Shown here one piece after another: positions 43,951 through 58,626 of a DNA stretch of 64,000 nt (position 1 is its first letter; every line of letters begins with the position of its first letter). The stretch comes from Eledone cirrhosa (Eukaryota), in assembly GCA_964016885.1 (NCBI GenBank), contig OZ024741.1, positions 104,842,001-104,906,000 on the forward strand, given 5' to 3'. The position numbers and the translations under genes are program-made. Below the pieces are notes generated by a model. That model worked only from the letters and a program-made list of their open reading frames with translations, made no database searches and had not been told where the DNA came from.

Positions 43951-44284
43951 ATTATTATTATATTATAGTTTAGATTTGACATCGTTTAAACTAAACATTT
44001 TGAGAGAGTTTAGAGATACAACATAATTATTTTGGTGTTGTTATTATTATTATTATTATTATTATTGAATGCTATGGTTGACGGAGGCTCGGCTCTGTAA
44101 GGTATTGTAAATTTTGAACGCTATAACAATTGTAAATTGTTTAAAACTTAGACCAACTTGTAGACAAAAACACCCTCCTCCTCGTGAGAGGGGTCTTTCT
44201 GCCCGTTATTTGGCCCTTCGGGGTTAAATAACTGCTTATTGGGGTTTTGTACCCAATATTTATTTTAAACAAAAAAAAAACAAC

Positions 44285-46358
44285 ATGGCTACGAAAAAGA
44301 AATTTCATAGGTCACTCCCACTCATTCCGTCTTCTTCCTCAATCATCACTACAGCAGAGAGAAGATTGTCTCTCTCCCTCCCTTCTCTTTCGCAAGCAAA
44401 GAAAGAAAAGAAAAGTCTCGTGCAAAGCGTGTAAGGTTTCTCCACGACGACGACGACAGCAACGAAACAGGTGTGCGGGAAATACGAAAACCCAGTTCAT
44501 TCGTCTGACGTCAGGAATAATAGCAGTAGCAGCCGTAATAACAACAGCAACAGTGACAATGAAAACAACAGTAGCAGCCGCAACAGCATCACCAGCAGCA
44601 TAAACAACAACAGCATTAGCAGCAGCAACACCAACAACAACCACAGCAACAGCGGCGGAGGCAGTAGTCGTAGTACCTGCAGCAACAACAAAAGTAACAG
44701 CAGCTCTGACAACAACAACAACAACAGCAGCAAAGAAAAGCCAATCTCATTTGCAGGTATTGCGAAAAACTTGGAAACAATCCTCATAACAAATGAGGAA
44801 TTAGAGGAAGCGAAGAAGATGGTGACAAAGAATGGACACCGAGCAATCTGCAAGGCAGCGGAAACATTTTTCGAAACCCAACAGCACTGTACAGTAAGTA
44901 CAGTAAGTACAAAATCCCATAGGGTGGAAAGAGCCACAGAGGCTCAAATACAAAAAGCCTTGGGGTCTGTGTGGCAGCGGAAAACGCACATCACCCGAGG
45001 CAAAAAATATGCCACCGTAGACGTACTTTTTGCCACACCCCAGGAGGCAAAGGCCCAATCCGTAGTGACCCTAAGGAGCGAGGAAATGGTGTTGGTGCCC
45101 TCCTACTGCGGGCAAAAAATTGTGAGGGTCAAACTGACCCACGTCCCCCCCCCCCCCCCGGAATGGCCCTTCTTGGCTGGCCGCGTCTGTCCTCGTCGGA
45201 ATCGAGGACAAAACAACTGTACTGCAAGTACAGAAAAAAGTAAGAGAAGATTGGGTCGGCACCTCCATTGAGATGCTAATCCAAACCAACGAGGAGTGCA
45301 TCGAAGCTATCCCGGATGTGATAGACTTCGATAACGGCACTCAACTGCCCATAAGTGTTGAGGGAAAACGTCCGAAATGCTTTCGATGTGGATCGAAGAC
45401 TCACCTCAGGGCCTTCTGCAACGAGAAGATCCTGAGAAAGGAGAAAACCCCCCTCCTTCCGAAACCGGCTCCACGGCTACCAGCAACAGGACAAGCGGCA
45501 ACCAGGAACGATACGTCCGTGGCACCCATAGCCACGCCACGGAAATCAAAAACAGCAGCAGCAGTGGAAATATTAACAACAACAACAGCAATACCAAATG
45601 CAGCTGCAACAGAGACTCCAGTGCAAACATCACCAACAACAACAAGTGAAAGAGTGGAGCTGGTACCCCTCCCCGACCTCACAGAATCAGACATGGAGTG
45701 TGAGGTGGGAGAGGGATGGCAAAAGGTCGTAAGAAGGCACAAACGCAGAAGAAGCGCATCGTCGCCTTTGAAAAGGGAGGAAAGAAATGAGAAAAGGGTA
45801 AAGTCTACTGCAAATAGACCCACAGCAGCAACACCACCAACACCATCACCACCCACACTAGCACCACCATCACCACCGGCGACAACCCCACCGCCAACAA
45901 CACCTTCAACACCACCACCACAAGCACCAACATCGCAAACACAACAACAAAACACACACACCCAGCAACAACGACAAGTAAATAGCAGAACCACACCCCA
46001 CCCCCAGAAAAACAAATGCACGGCAATAAATACACACAACAAGAAACTAATGACTTACATAATTGAACACACAGACATTTCACAACACGACTACATAATA
46101 CCAGCACCAATCAAAACGCCAACTAACATAAGATTTCTAAAAATAGCACAGAAACAATACACAAACATTAAAACGAAATTCCCCAACGCAGTTGGTGATT
46201 TCAGGGACCTAGGAGGAACTATCAATCGAAGAGTATATTCAGACATTCTCATAGAAGAGCCGACGATCAGCCGAAGGGACGATTCAACGGTCCCTTCACC
46301 AGACGATCAAGTGAAAAGGGATGTAAAAACCATCCCTCCTCTACCAAAAGTACGGTAA
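44285..46358 (+). pseudogene. LINE ORF1 (N/S-rich N-terminus, CCHC zinc knuckle, P/T-rich tail), with a stop and a frameshift at the poly-C run near 45150
   Basis: Track ORFs 44471-45271 and 45273-46358; CFRCGSKTHLRAFC. Confidence 0.8.
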
Positions 46359-46393
46359 GTGGTCTTTCCCATCTTTTCCACTCTATTTTAAAC

Positions 46394-49300
46394 ATGACTT
46401 CACTCAGAATAGGCAGCATAAATGCGCGTGGCTTGGAGTCGTCATGGAAGCAGGGTCATCTGCTGAACGACCTCAGGTCACTAAACATAGATGGCCATCA
46501 GCGAGACCAGAATCTCCGAAGCACGGGCCTTCGCACCGATCTTCGGCGGCTACGAGGTGTACGCATCTCCCAGCCGTCCTGGATCGGGGGAGGAATTGCT
46601 GTGCTTTTTCGGAGAGGTTTGGATCTCGCCATACGGGCCATCTTCCTGGACCCAGAGGGTAAGCTGGTGGTGCTGGACGTGACCAGCGGAGACGGGCAAG
46701 CTTTCAGGCTAGTGGCCGTCTATGCCCGACAGGAGCAGGGCGGCCTGATTTCTTCCGGCGTCTTTAGTGTTAGTGGGCGACTGGAACGGGATCTTAGATG
46801 CACGCTGGGACTGTGTGGGATTAGCGGATAGGGGTGGAGGGTGCAAGAGCCTCACCAACCTGCTCAGGCGTTTTGAACTGTCTGACAGGTACCGATTGGA
46901 TTTCCCGAATGTGCCAATGTGGACTTGGACAAATCGCATACGGTCATCCAGATCATATCTAGATAGAGTATTTTGTAGGGAAATAGATAGGTCTAGCAGA
47001 GGCTGTCCACAATTCAAGATAGTCAGCTACACGGACCACAAATTCGTGATCTGTGTGCTTGACTTAGATAGGCTTCATAGACGAGGACCCGGCTACTGGA
47101 AGCTAAACGCGTCCTTACCAGCGCGCAAGGCCTACAGAGACCGGATTAGCGAACTAGTTAAGCGGGCGTTGACGGGGGCCATCGTCAACAACAAGTGGTG
47201 GTTTGCTCTGAAAAGAGCGATTAGAATAGAATCCATTAGGTTTAGTAAGGCTTTAGCAATAGAGAAAAATAGAGCAGAGGGAGAACTAGTTAGAAAATTA
47301 GACGAGGCGCATAGTAAAGGCATTGCGACCGACGTGCTTGCGGCGAAATTGGCCCTCGACCAATTCTTCAATGCAAAGCACGAAGGCTGCGTTGTCAGAG
47401 CAAGGGGGCGTGCTCTCAGACACGAGGGGACGAAAGCCGTTCAATGGGCCCGAGTGGCGGAGGCGCGTCGTGGCAACAAAGCCACGATCCGGTCTTTGGT
47501 GGACCACGACGGGCGCATGCTACTCGATCCCGGGCAAATGTGTGAAGCTTTTCAGCGACACTTCGCTCAGCTGTTCGGGGGCAGCGGGGGGCCGGGTAGA
47601 GGGATGGACTTTAGTGTCTACCTCGACGGACTGCCGCGGCTCTCGGCCACTGAGGCGAAGTGTTGCGAAAAGCCGATAACAGCCGCTGAAGTACGGGAGG
47701 CAATGACTGGCTGCACAAGGGGTAAATCGCCTGGTTTGGATGGTCTGCCCTATGAACTTTACGTACAGATGCCAGACTTGTTCGGAGGCCTCTTGGCGGA
47801 CGTCTACTGCAACTGGCAACAGAACGGGAGAATTCCCAGTTCTGTGAGCCGAGGAGCGGTGGCACTGCTGAGAAAGGATCCGAACAAGGGGGATAACATA
47901 GACAATTTCCGGCCCATAACTCTGCTAAACACAGAGTTTAAGATTTTGGCCAAGGTGCTAGCAAAGAGGTTGGCGCTTGTCGTTGGTGGTCTGGTGGGAG
48001 AGGCGCAGACATGCGCCATTCCCGACAGATCCATCCACGACAACCTCCACCTCATGCGATACATCGTAGAGAGGGTAGCTAGGGAACCTGGCACGGGTGG
48101 GTCCTTGATCAATTTAGATCAGTCGAAAGCTTTCGATAGGGTCGACCATCGTTACCTAGCGGCAGTCCTGAGGGCGGCTGGCTTTGGGCCCGTCTTCAGA
48201 GGCTGGATCGCTGCCATGCACAGCGACATCTGCTCTGTGGTGAGAGTGAACGGTCACCTGTCGGAACCGTTCAACATCATGCGCTCGGTCCGCCAAGGAT
48301 GTCCCCTCTCGTCCCTCTTGTACGTATTGACTCTCGAGCCATTACTGCACAAACTGGAGACGTTGAGGGGAGTCCCGCGCGAACTAGGATGCGGAAGATC
48401 CGTGTCAGCATATGCGGACGATGTCACCGTAGTGGTGTCGAACGCCAAACACATCGAGGCAATCGGCACTACACTAAGAGAATACGAAGCGGTGACAGGA
48501 GCAATGATCAACCAGGAAAAGTCAGTGGGCCTGCAGCTCGGCACCTGGAGAGGCAGGTCCATGCCGTCCAACAGCGTCGTCGGGCGCTGGACGGACGGAC
48601 CGGTTAAATTGCTAGGGGTCTGGTTCGGTCCGGACCTTCAGACGGACAAAAACTGGAACGAGGTGACGCGCAGGGTGGCTTCTCTCACCCAGAAATGGGC
48701 GGAGAGGAAGCTATCCCTGAAAGGTCGAGCGGAGGTGGCTAACGCGTACATCGCGTCTGTCATCTGCTACCGCCTAACCGTCGTACCTTGTCCTAAGCCT
48801 CGCCTGACTGCGCTGGAGCGTTTGCTCTTTCGCTTTTTGTGGAAGGGACGTGCTCCGATGGTCAGGCGGTCCATCTGTTGTCAACACCCGCTACGTGGAG
48901 GGCTGGGCATGCCGTGGCTGATGATGCGCAGGCACGCGCTCAGGCTACGACATCTCCACCTCTTCCTCGACGGTGATCAGGTGTGGTCGCCGTTTGCTAG
49001 ACGCGTTTTTCCCCAGCTCGTTTCCTTGACGGAGCTGCAGTCCTGGGTCAAGCGAAGACCGAGAGGGAGCGCCTGGAGACTGGAATGTCTTCAGGCGCTC
49101 ACAGCCCTCGACCAATCGGGCAATGTGATCGGTGGAAACTCCACCTCGGCGTTCTATAGAGGATTAGTGGAGGGGAAGAGCGACGACGTACTTGGGGAAA
49201 CTCTAGGCGTCGACGAAAATCAACTAGCCAATCTCTTCGGAAGAACTTTCGGGCCAGGGCCTATGGACAACTTCCAGAAATCTCTGGCCTGGCAGTGCTA

Positions 49301-49778
49301 CCGAGGAGCCTTGCCAGTTCGGGATAAACTCTACAGGCATGGAGGTGCCGTCAGCCGGGCATGTCCGAGATGCGCGCATGGCGACGAAACCGTCCTGCAC
49401 GCACTCGTCCAGTGTCCGAAAATTGCTGACTTGTGGGTTTATGTCGAACACCTGCTGTCGCGTTTAGGACGGATCCAGCTATCATCTGGGTCTATCGTGA
49501 GGATTGCCCCGCCCTCCTCCTTTAGCCGGGAAGGGCAGGCAGTTTTTATCTGTCTGGTGGCCATGGCGAAAGAGATAGTATGGTGGACACGTTTGAAAGG
49601 GCTGAAGACGAGCACTTACCTCTTCGGTGATGCTCTGATTGACTTTTTCAAATTTCATTTGAAAAGGAAAATCAGAGTAGAGAGGGAAGTGCTCTCTTCC
49701 CAGCATTTTGTTGAAAGATGGGTGAGAGAAGCAAGAATGGCCCGAGTGAATGGGCCGACTCTGAGTATATATCTGTAA
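46394..49778 (+). pseudogene. LINE ORF2: APE endonuclease (frameshifted) + intact RT + C-terminal CCHC
   Basis: GSINARGL, AISET, GDWN, SYLDR, TDH, KSPGLDG, NFRPITLLN, DQSKAFD, QGCPLS, YADD, CPRC..H..C; 1003-aa open frame 46767-49778. Confidence 0.93.
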
Positions 49779-50039
49779 ACTAAAGGTGGAAAACTGGGAG
49801 AGGGCACTTGCCTTGGTGGTCAGGGTCATTGTGGCTTTTTACTGGGCTTTCTCCACAAATGTCCCTCCGAAGTCTCCCCCCTATTGGGGAATTTTTCATT
49901 GTTATTTTCATTGTTATTTTTGTTACATCCTCTGTTTTTGTTTTTTTTACACGCAGAAATGCCCATTTGTACCGTCCTGCATTGTCCTGCACTGTCCTTA
50001 ATGTCTACTTTATGTAAACCCTTGTGGTTAATAAAGAAA

Positions 50040-50104
<65 letters not shown>

Positions 50105-50614
50105 TCAAAGTAAAGGGTTTCATGAATGATACAAAATCAAACATATCAAACATATGTCTTGTCTCTAAATACAGCTCAAGATAGAATTCAGAGAATAAAA
50201 TCGAGCCTTAATCATTATAAGAAATCAATGAAATATATTCATACACACATGTGTGCATTAAGTTACATCAAAGCTTAAACAATCTGCATTGAATGTAAGA
50301 TAACATAATTCGTTAAGTATCTTATTAAATTTAATGAAAAATTAAAACAAAATACCTGATAACGATCAGTATATTTCCTCATATGTATTCTCCACAAAAT
50401 CAGAATACATTTCTCCAAATAACGACGAAATTAGATATTTTGAAACGGATCATGTATGAGGGAATTTCAAAATCATCTAATCTCAATCAATACAGGGTTG
50501 AAAGTGACTAAACGCACATGGTATCAATACATGAATTTTAGCACCCGCAACGACATAAATGGCTCTCGTGCTCTAGAAATAGCAGTAACTGTTTCATTCG
50601 GGAGAAATCATCAG

Positions 50615-50664
50615 GGCTTCCTGATGATTTCTCCCGATGAAACAGTTCTAGTCCTGTAGAAGCC
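50615..50664 (+). ncRNA. Type I hammerhead (family C) preceded by an inverted partial copy at 50587-50616
   Basis: GGCTTC CTGATGA TTTCTCCCGAT GAAA CAG TTCTAGTC CTG TA GAAGCC; stems I and III perfect, stem II weak. Confidence 0.7.
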
Positions 50665-50744
50665 TTTTCTATATTAAATATGTATACTCTGCTTTGTATT
50701 GAGTACCTTACTTACTGTTTACCCCCAATTGAACCCAGGATAAA

Positions 50745-50784
<40 letters not shown>

Positions 50785-50802
50785 CCCCCACACACACACA
50801 CA

Positions 50803-50879
<77 letters not shown>

Positions 50880-50905
50880 CGCTCGCATGTACACACGCAC
50901 TTATA

Positions 50906-51570
50906 TCTATAATACTTATAAAAAGGAAATTTGTAAGTTGACCACTAATAACAGTCAATAAATTTGATAATAATTAGAGTATTTCATGTGTCTTCAGCTA
51001 ATATGACCCCTGAAATTCTCGCAATTGACTTTTCCTTCGGAAACGGAATGGGGGAGGTGACCCTCGGAATTTCTCAGTTTCGGAGATTTATTTTGTGGGA
51101 ATCTGTTTATTTTCTAAGTTTTTTCGTTTATTTTCGAATGATCTGACATCCAACTCATTCGTCAACGACTGCTTTTTTCCGAAAACGGGGGTGGGGAGGA
51201 AGGGGGACCTTGGAGTTACAGATAAGCACCTCTGAGCCGTTTAAAAGCACCCACTGGGTAACACGAAGAAATATTTGTTCCTACCTTTTTTCATGTGTTT
51301 TCAACTAATCTGACCTCCGACATGCTCGCAATCGCCTTCTTTTCGAAAACGGAATAGAGGAGGAGGCGAGGAGAAGCCCTCGGATTTTACGAGTCTCGGA
51401 GATTTCTTCAGCCTCACATTATCGAATCCAAAATGCGCACTGGATGTGGTAAGGCAGACATTGCATTTATGCCAAGGATACCGATAATACCAACATATGT
51501 CCCTTTTCGTTTCAAACAATTGCAATTCGCAGTGAGAGTCAGTTACGGAACGACTATCAACAAGTCCCAA
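50906..51570 (+). mobile_element. Helitron derivative with a RepHel PIF1-helicase C-terminal fragment
   Basis: A|TCTATAATACTTATAAAA start; [38 protein letters not shown]. Confidence 0.85.
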
Positions 51571-51608
51571 AGTAATAACACTGCAGGTTATTTATTATAT
51601 ATATATAG

Positions 51609-51727
<119 letters not shown>

Positions 51728-51811
51728 AAAGGTAAACAGAAATAACAACACAATCGGTAGAATATATGGAAGGGATATATTAGGTTAACGCTTGATATAG
51801 CAGGAAGAGGA

Positions 51812-51847
51812 TCTTAACGTTTCGGACGCTAGTCCTTCATCAGAAGA
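51812..51847 (-). ncRNA. Minimal type I hammerhead (family B) within copy 51727-52270
   Basis: Identical to 6389-6424 on the opposite strand. Confidence 0.85.
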
Positions 51848-52610
51848 AAGAATGAGAAATAAGATAGATTGAGGGGACGGGCGGGATGGAATTTGAAAAA
51901 AAATGTCTTTAGATAAAAATAACGGGTCCATTTAAGTTGCATCTCTTGCAAAACTGTTGGTGCTGGCGTTTTGTGTATGATTTATTTTTTAGAAAAGCAG
52001 ATGATGGAGCGCCTCTACCTGAAATGGAAAAAAACCGTTTTGTAAAAAGAGCTATACTTGAGCACGTGCGTAAGCTTGTGTTTGCGCGCGCGCGCATGTG
52101 TGTGTGTGTTATTATACATTCGTACGAAGCTAAGAAGAAATGCGCGTGTATATGTGAGTAAAAGAGTGTGTGTGTATGTAAGTACGAAGTTATGAGCAAA
52201 AGTATGTTAATATAAGGGTGTGTATGTGTGTATACAGAGCAGTGAAGGGAAAAGTGGAGTGAGCATATATAGTCGGCATGTATTACTTGTAAGGGAAGCT
52301 GCTAATAATCAAGAGAAAGCGATAAGAATCTAGGGGTGTGATAATGGACGGGGTATTAGAGAAATTGGGGAGGTGAGTTGAGTCCAAGAGGGGAATAGGA
52401 CCCAAGGCGGTGAATCAAGCTTTGTTTATATATATATATATAAAGAAATGCGCCAGCAGCCGAAGTGTTCAATAGAGTAATAGCTGAATACATATAGAGT
52501 GGGTGATCGAGACTGCAGCAATGTGTATTTAAATATAGACATTTTTCATATTTACCTAAGTAAGCATGCCAGAAAATATGAGCTTCCGTGTAAATTGAAA
52601 AAACTGATAA

Positions 52611-52659
52611 ACACCTTTAATTGGTTTTCGGACCTAGTTGGTCCCTTATCAGAAGACGT
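52611..52659 (-). ncRNA. Decayed type I hammerhead
   Basis: ACGTCTT CTGATAA G GGACC AACTA GGTCC GAAA ACCAAT TA AAGGTGT. Confidence 0.55.
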
Positions 52660-52808
52660 GTTTTACACATACAAATAGATAGTGGAGTCGGGTCCATAAC
52701 TCTTATGGGTGATCTTGAACCAATCATCTGCGAAACGTGCGTAACAGGTCGATACCCAATAAATATGTTTTACATGTAGACGAAACATCCTCGTTTTTTT
52801 CTAATATA

Positions 52809-52970
<162 letters not shown>

Positions 52971-53099
52971 GTGTGTGTATCCCGGGTTCAATCGGGGGTA
53001 ACCACAGTAAATAAGATACTCAATACATAGAAGAGTATAAATTGAAGTCATTTCCATATTTAAAATATATATATATATATATACAGAGAAAGAGAGGGG

Positions 53100-53137
<38 letters not shown>

Positions 53138-54739
53138 GGAGAGAAGGGGGGGGGGGGCGAGTAAGAGACTGAGAGAAAAGAAAGAGTTATGAAATAATAA
53201 ACTGTATAGAGATTTTTTACTTATTTGTGTTTTGATGACAAGTAGTAATTGTTTCTCTGTTGTAAAGATAGAGGTGTCACAACGACACTAAAATAAAATA
53301 CATGGAAATAGACTATTGTAAAAACTTCGAACTTTTACTTCTAGACATGAAAATATATTTACACTTCTCACATACCAATTTGTGGCTAAAAAATAGTCTT
53401 ATTGGAAGGTAGTTAACCTCAACATTTCATTCAGGTAAGACTATATATTCTTCATATTGTAAAATGAATTCCTTCATTTGCTGCTGCTTGTTCTTATTGT
53501 TATTGTCATTGTGGTGTTGGTGCTGAGCGTTTTTGTTGTTGTAGTGGTGATGTTTTGTGTCGTGTTGTTGTTGTGGTGGTGTTTTAATGTTGTTATTGAT
53601 GTTGTTTTTGTGGTGGTGGTGGTTGGTGTTGTTGTCATTCTGATGTTGTTATTGATGGTGATCTTTTGTGTTGGGTTGTTGTTGATGTTGATGTTATTAT
53701 TTTTATGGTGGTGGGGGTATTTTGTGATGCGCTCCTGCTGAAGTTGTAGTCGTGGTGGTAAGTGTTGTCGTTGTTATTGGTGTGGTTATTATAGTTGTTG
53801 ATTAGCCCCAGGTCAGCTTACATTAGCCAAACCTATAACCAAAGAAGCCGATGGTTAGATCAGACCAACAAAGAAACTATGTTTCCAATGGTGCGACTAT
53901 TTTTCGCTCGCAACTCCTGGAAGAAGGAGGCAGGACTTGAATTCAGCAGACAAAGCGCTGGACCAGACACTGTAAAGCATCCCGCCGACTTTTTAACATT
54001 TCCACCAATCCGCCGCTCCTTCATTTGGTACTTTATGTATCCATCTTGAAAGGATGAAACGCAAAGTTGACCTCAGCGGAACATATAACCAGATATATAT
54101 TCCCATACTTTAAGGACATTCATCGCCTACGTTTAGGCATATTTTCATATATTAGAATTCATTCAATTGTTTTGAGCTGTTTTGTGTAATTAATATATCT
54201 TCTTCTATTGATGGCTTTAATGAATAATTTCTTTTTTTTTTTAAAAATACGTATTTCAACTTAAGTAGATCATTTTACATTACTAATGGGGGAAAATATA
54301 TCTCTCTCGTTGATATGTCAAACATTAATTTAATCTGACATGTAATTAATAAATAGTCACTTATCTCGTAATTTTTTTAACCTAAACTCTTAAAAGTTGA
54401 TCTCTGTTGATTTCTTTTCAAAGATAAAATGATAATTTATATAAATTTATTCATGATTTGCTGTCATTCAAAATGATTTATATTTTTCTATTAATCCAGT
54501 AAATTGTTGTATTGTTAATCGTTACTGTTGCTTTGGGGGTGTTTTTATAAATTTTCATTAATTTTTATTGATGAAGTGGGTGTAGCTACTTTTATAATCA
54601 TTACTGACAAGAAATTATTATTATTACCATTATTCTTATTTTTATTGCATGTTGTTACTGTATTGCCAACCCACAGTACTGTGTGCCTTGGGTAGGTGCA
54701 GTGTTGTTTTGGATGTTGTTATTTCAATTGTATTGTGAA

Positions 54740-57660
54740 TACTCTTTATGATATGTATGCAATGCTATTTTCTGTGTGCTGTATATATTTGTGAATCCTG
54801 AGGTTTGGGTTATAAATCTGTCTGTGTTTTTTATCATTCCTCGAGCAGCTATCATTATAGGGATTGTTTCTGTTTTCATCATCCACATTTGGGTTATTTC
54901 TCGCTCCAGATCTTTATATTTGGATAATTCCTCCATTTCCTTATTTCTGGGACCACCTCAAACTTTTCCTTTGCCCACAAATGTTTTATCTCCCACCCAT
55001 ACTAGTAGTTCATATCTTTCAATCGTCTTCAATTCTTTGTCACAAACCTTATTAACAGCGGGACAAGGCACATCTAGAATCACTACAATATCTGTTTTGC
55101 GGTGCTCAATTTCATCATAAAGTCTCATAAAATGTTCTACAACGCCTTCTGGTTTGTGCTCATACCACTGGCTTACTGTTTCAAGGATGTATTTTCCGTA
55201 TAACTCCCAATTAACGATTCTCGCTTTGTTATCATGACGTTGCTTGTATACTTTCCTTGCCAGCTTTGTGGACTGGTTGTTGATATGTCACGCAGTTTCT
55301 TCGCACATTCTACACTTTTCTATTCCACCCAAGTTGTCAATCATGTGCTTAACATAATTTGTGCTCAATCCTCTTCCTCTGTTGCACAAATTAAAACTTC
55401 TGTTTCTAGTTTAAAGCCACCGCTTCTCCAAATCGGTTTCTGCTTCTATGTCCCTGCAAACTTGCCCGTACATCTTTTCTTTCCATCTCCTTTCAATTTC
55501 AATTCACTTCTCCTTCTTATATTCAGATTTTTCGTTGCAATTTCCAATTTTCATCACATTTGATTTTTCGCTTCTAGCAGCAACGGTTCAGTAGCATTTT
55601 TTATGTACCAAGCTACGCTATTCTATGCTATTCTCACACATCCTTCACTGATGATGGGTCCTCTCCCTACTTTCTTTCGTGACAAGTATAATCTGTCAAC
55701 ATCAGTCCTTGGATGAAAGGTTCTGTTCATTGTGAATAATTTCCACATTTTTTCTACTGTCAACCCAACCACTCCAGCACCACATCTCAGCAAGGATGCT
55801 GCCCAAATATTAAGCGCTTCATAGTTATTCCTGCCATTCCAGTTTGATTTTAGATTCAATCTCACTCTCCTAAAGTATTCTTCAGCAAACTTAGTTTTCA
55901 TTTTCTGCTCTATCAAGTTATCCATTTCCAAAATTCCCAGCTTCTTGTAGCCGTTATCATCTATTTGCTTCATGACCTTTCCTGAAAGTATTACTATTGT
56001 TCACTTGTTTGATCTGCACAATATTTCTGTAAGCCAAATTCCATTCAGATGTCCAAGCTAAAGCTATGTACATACAACAATGGGGATAAACTATCTCCCT
56101 GAAATATGCCTCTCTTGATTTCAATTATATCCAAACTTTATCCAACACATGTTAACTCGGCCTGCCATTTTCCATACTTTTACCCAGAAAATCTATATAC
56201 TTTGCAATTCTGAATATATTTAGGCATTTTATAAATCATGTCATTCGGTAATCGATCCATGATATTACCAAATTAGTCTTCTTTTCATTGCAGTCCCTTA
56301 ACGGCCACCGCAGAAGATAACAAAAACAGCCACACACGTGAAGCAACAGGGCCATAGCACATTTTTAGACACTGAATGTCATGGCAATGTTACGACCTAA
56401 TATTTGTACGGTTTGTATCAAAGAAACCTGAGAGTTCTTGTCTTTGCCGTAAGGGTTTAGGTCATCCATAAAAAGGAGGTGGTTCACTTTTCCACTATTC
56501 TTTCCCAGTGAATATCCTTCTTAAACGTTGTTTAAAATAATCGACTACAGGATCAGGGCTATCATGAGCAAGATACAAAAGTAGCTCTCTTTGAAAAAAA
56601 TCTTCTAATCCAGAAAGGTCATATAGCATTTTATAATCTATCCACGCGATTCTCAAATTCTCTTTCTGCAATTCCTCAAGACTATTTTATCGATTACTAG
56701 CAGTAAAGCCCGGCGTTGCTCGGGGTCGCTCAGTAGCTGTGTTAAAGTTACAATGTTAAGTTTCTTTCTTGGCTTAAAAACTGTAGTGTCTACTGTGCAG
56801 ACTTGCATGTGGTGTTTTTGATTAATATTCCCTCAACCAACAATATGCCTTATGAAGTTAAGAAAACATAACGATAACCCGAATGTTATAACAAAAGAGG
56901 ATGCTGGGGATAGAAACTGCACTGGTTATTTATTAACAAAGATCGAAAATGTAAACACTGCAACGCAGAGAAAAACATTAGCGTAACCAAATTATCAGTT
57001 ATGTCTGTCTGCACGCCTATATCACCTCTCTGCACGACTGTCTGTCTGCACGCCTATATCACCTCTCTGCACGACTGTCTGTCTGCACGCCTATATCACC
57101 TCTCTGCACGACTGTCTGTCTGCACGACTGTCTGTCTGCACGCCTAACGACGAAATATTTGCTTGTTTTACGTAGTCTTTAAATAGACTTGTTTTCAAGT
57201 AAAAATATTGTTTTAAAATGCTTTTAAATGGAAATGAAGCAAAACGGAAGCTTAGTGTTCGAACTGATGAATTTTGCAGGTCAATATTTTGCTGGCTCGA
57301 CAACTGTTGAAGCCAGCGTAATTTTTTACGTAAGACGCTCAATGTAAACAGAACAAAGGGAAATAACTGATAACTTACGCTCAAAAATCGATACATTATA
57401 TTCGATTTCGTCACATAGGGTGGGTCAATTTGAAATTTTTTTTTTCCGATGTCTTCGCTAGGGCTGAATGTACAAGTATAGCAATTTCGGTGCAATTCCG
57501 TGAGAGATTCTAAGAGGAGATGTGTGCCAAAAATCGATAGACAGACAGACAACCACAGTTTTATATATATAGATTAATTTGCCTTCCGTTCCACCGTTGT
57601 TTTTTGGCCAACCAAGGGTTTCTGCAGTAGATGTTGCTAAATCTCTTCTGCTTTTATTCC
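54740..57660 (-). pseudogene. Old, rearranged R4/Dong-type fragments interrupted by a Helitron
   Basis: AWIDYK, NHLLFMDDL, RGIFQGDSLSPLL, DVDRLYLSRK..GRG, WYEHKPE, KYKDLEREI; RT motif order indicates at least two pieces. Confidence 0.82.
56697..57573 (-). mobile_element. Complete non-autonomous Helitron with an internal 37-bp tandem repeat (57002-57145)
   Basis: Minus strand A|TCTATATATATAAAAC ... CCCGAGCAACGCCGGG..CTAG|T; removing it restores the Dong frame GKLI/IDKIV with no TSD. Confidence 0.9.
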
Positions 57661-58258
57661 TGTTAGGATTTTACACATGGTTAGTAAACACGTGATTAGA
57701 CAGCAATTTGAGAAATCATTTCCTTATGTCTTGCTTTTCAATAAGAAGTTCTACTTTTAGTTAACCACAATAGTATAATCCCCATGGTCACCTCTCAGCT
57801 ACACCCCACAGCAATATAACTTAAATTAGCTGTATTGATATGGTTTCATGGAAATATCTAAACTCTCACAGAAAGTAACCATACACAAGATTTCGTCTGG
57901 CAGCTCTACTCTTACCAGCCCTTTTCAATAGAAACACACACATACATACACACACGCACGTACTCACACACATACCCACACATACGCACACTCATACACA
58001 TACACACACTCATACATATACACACGCGGCGCTGACACAAACCCATACACTCATATATATATATATACTGTATATATATATACATACATATATGTGAGTG
58101 TTTATGTGTGTGTATGTATGTGTGTGTATGTGTGTGTGTGTGTGTGTGTGCGATGTCACTAGTTTAGACTAATAAGACTTAGCACCCCATATTTCAGGAA
58201 CGTAGACTGCAGATATTATGTTTATACGTTTATACATAAACACACATACACACACACG

Positions 58259-58294
<36 letters not shown>

Positions 58295-58319
58295 CAGAGT
58301 GAGAGAGAGAGAGAGAGAT

Positions 58320-58382
<63 letters not shown>

Positions 58383-58540
58383 TATAGATAGATAGATATA
58401 TGTATGTATGTATGTATATATGCATATATATATGCACTCTGTAGCGTGAAAAGTAACAATATAAGTAAATGATGTTTTCTTTTTTCTCTTATCAATGACG
58501 CCAGAAGTCAGCGTTATATCTTTATATCTGCCAAAATTGT

Positions 58541-58626
<86 letters not shown>

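Larger units (their letters stand above)
44067..50041 (+). mobile_element. Near full-length Tx1/L1-type LINE inserted in (TTA)n
   Basis: Two ORFs, AATAAA at the 3' end, (TTA)n at 44040-44066 and 50042-50104. Confidence 0.93.

Noticed and set aside
53478-53741. Hydrophobic V/L-rich ORF as a membrane protein
   Set aside because: Degenerate (GTT/GGT)n repeat
57002-57145. 37-bp repeats as a CRISPR array
   Set aside because: Head-to-tail minisatellite without unique spacers, inside a Helitron
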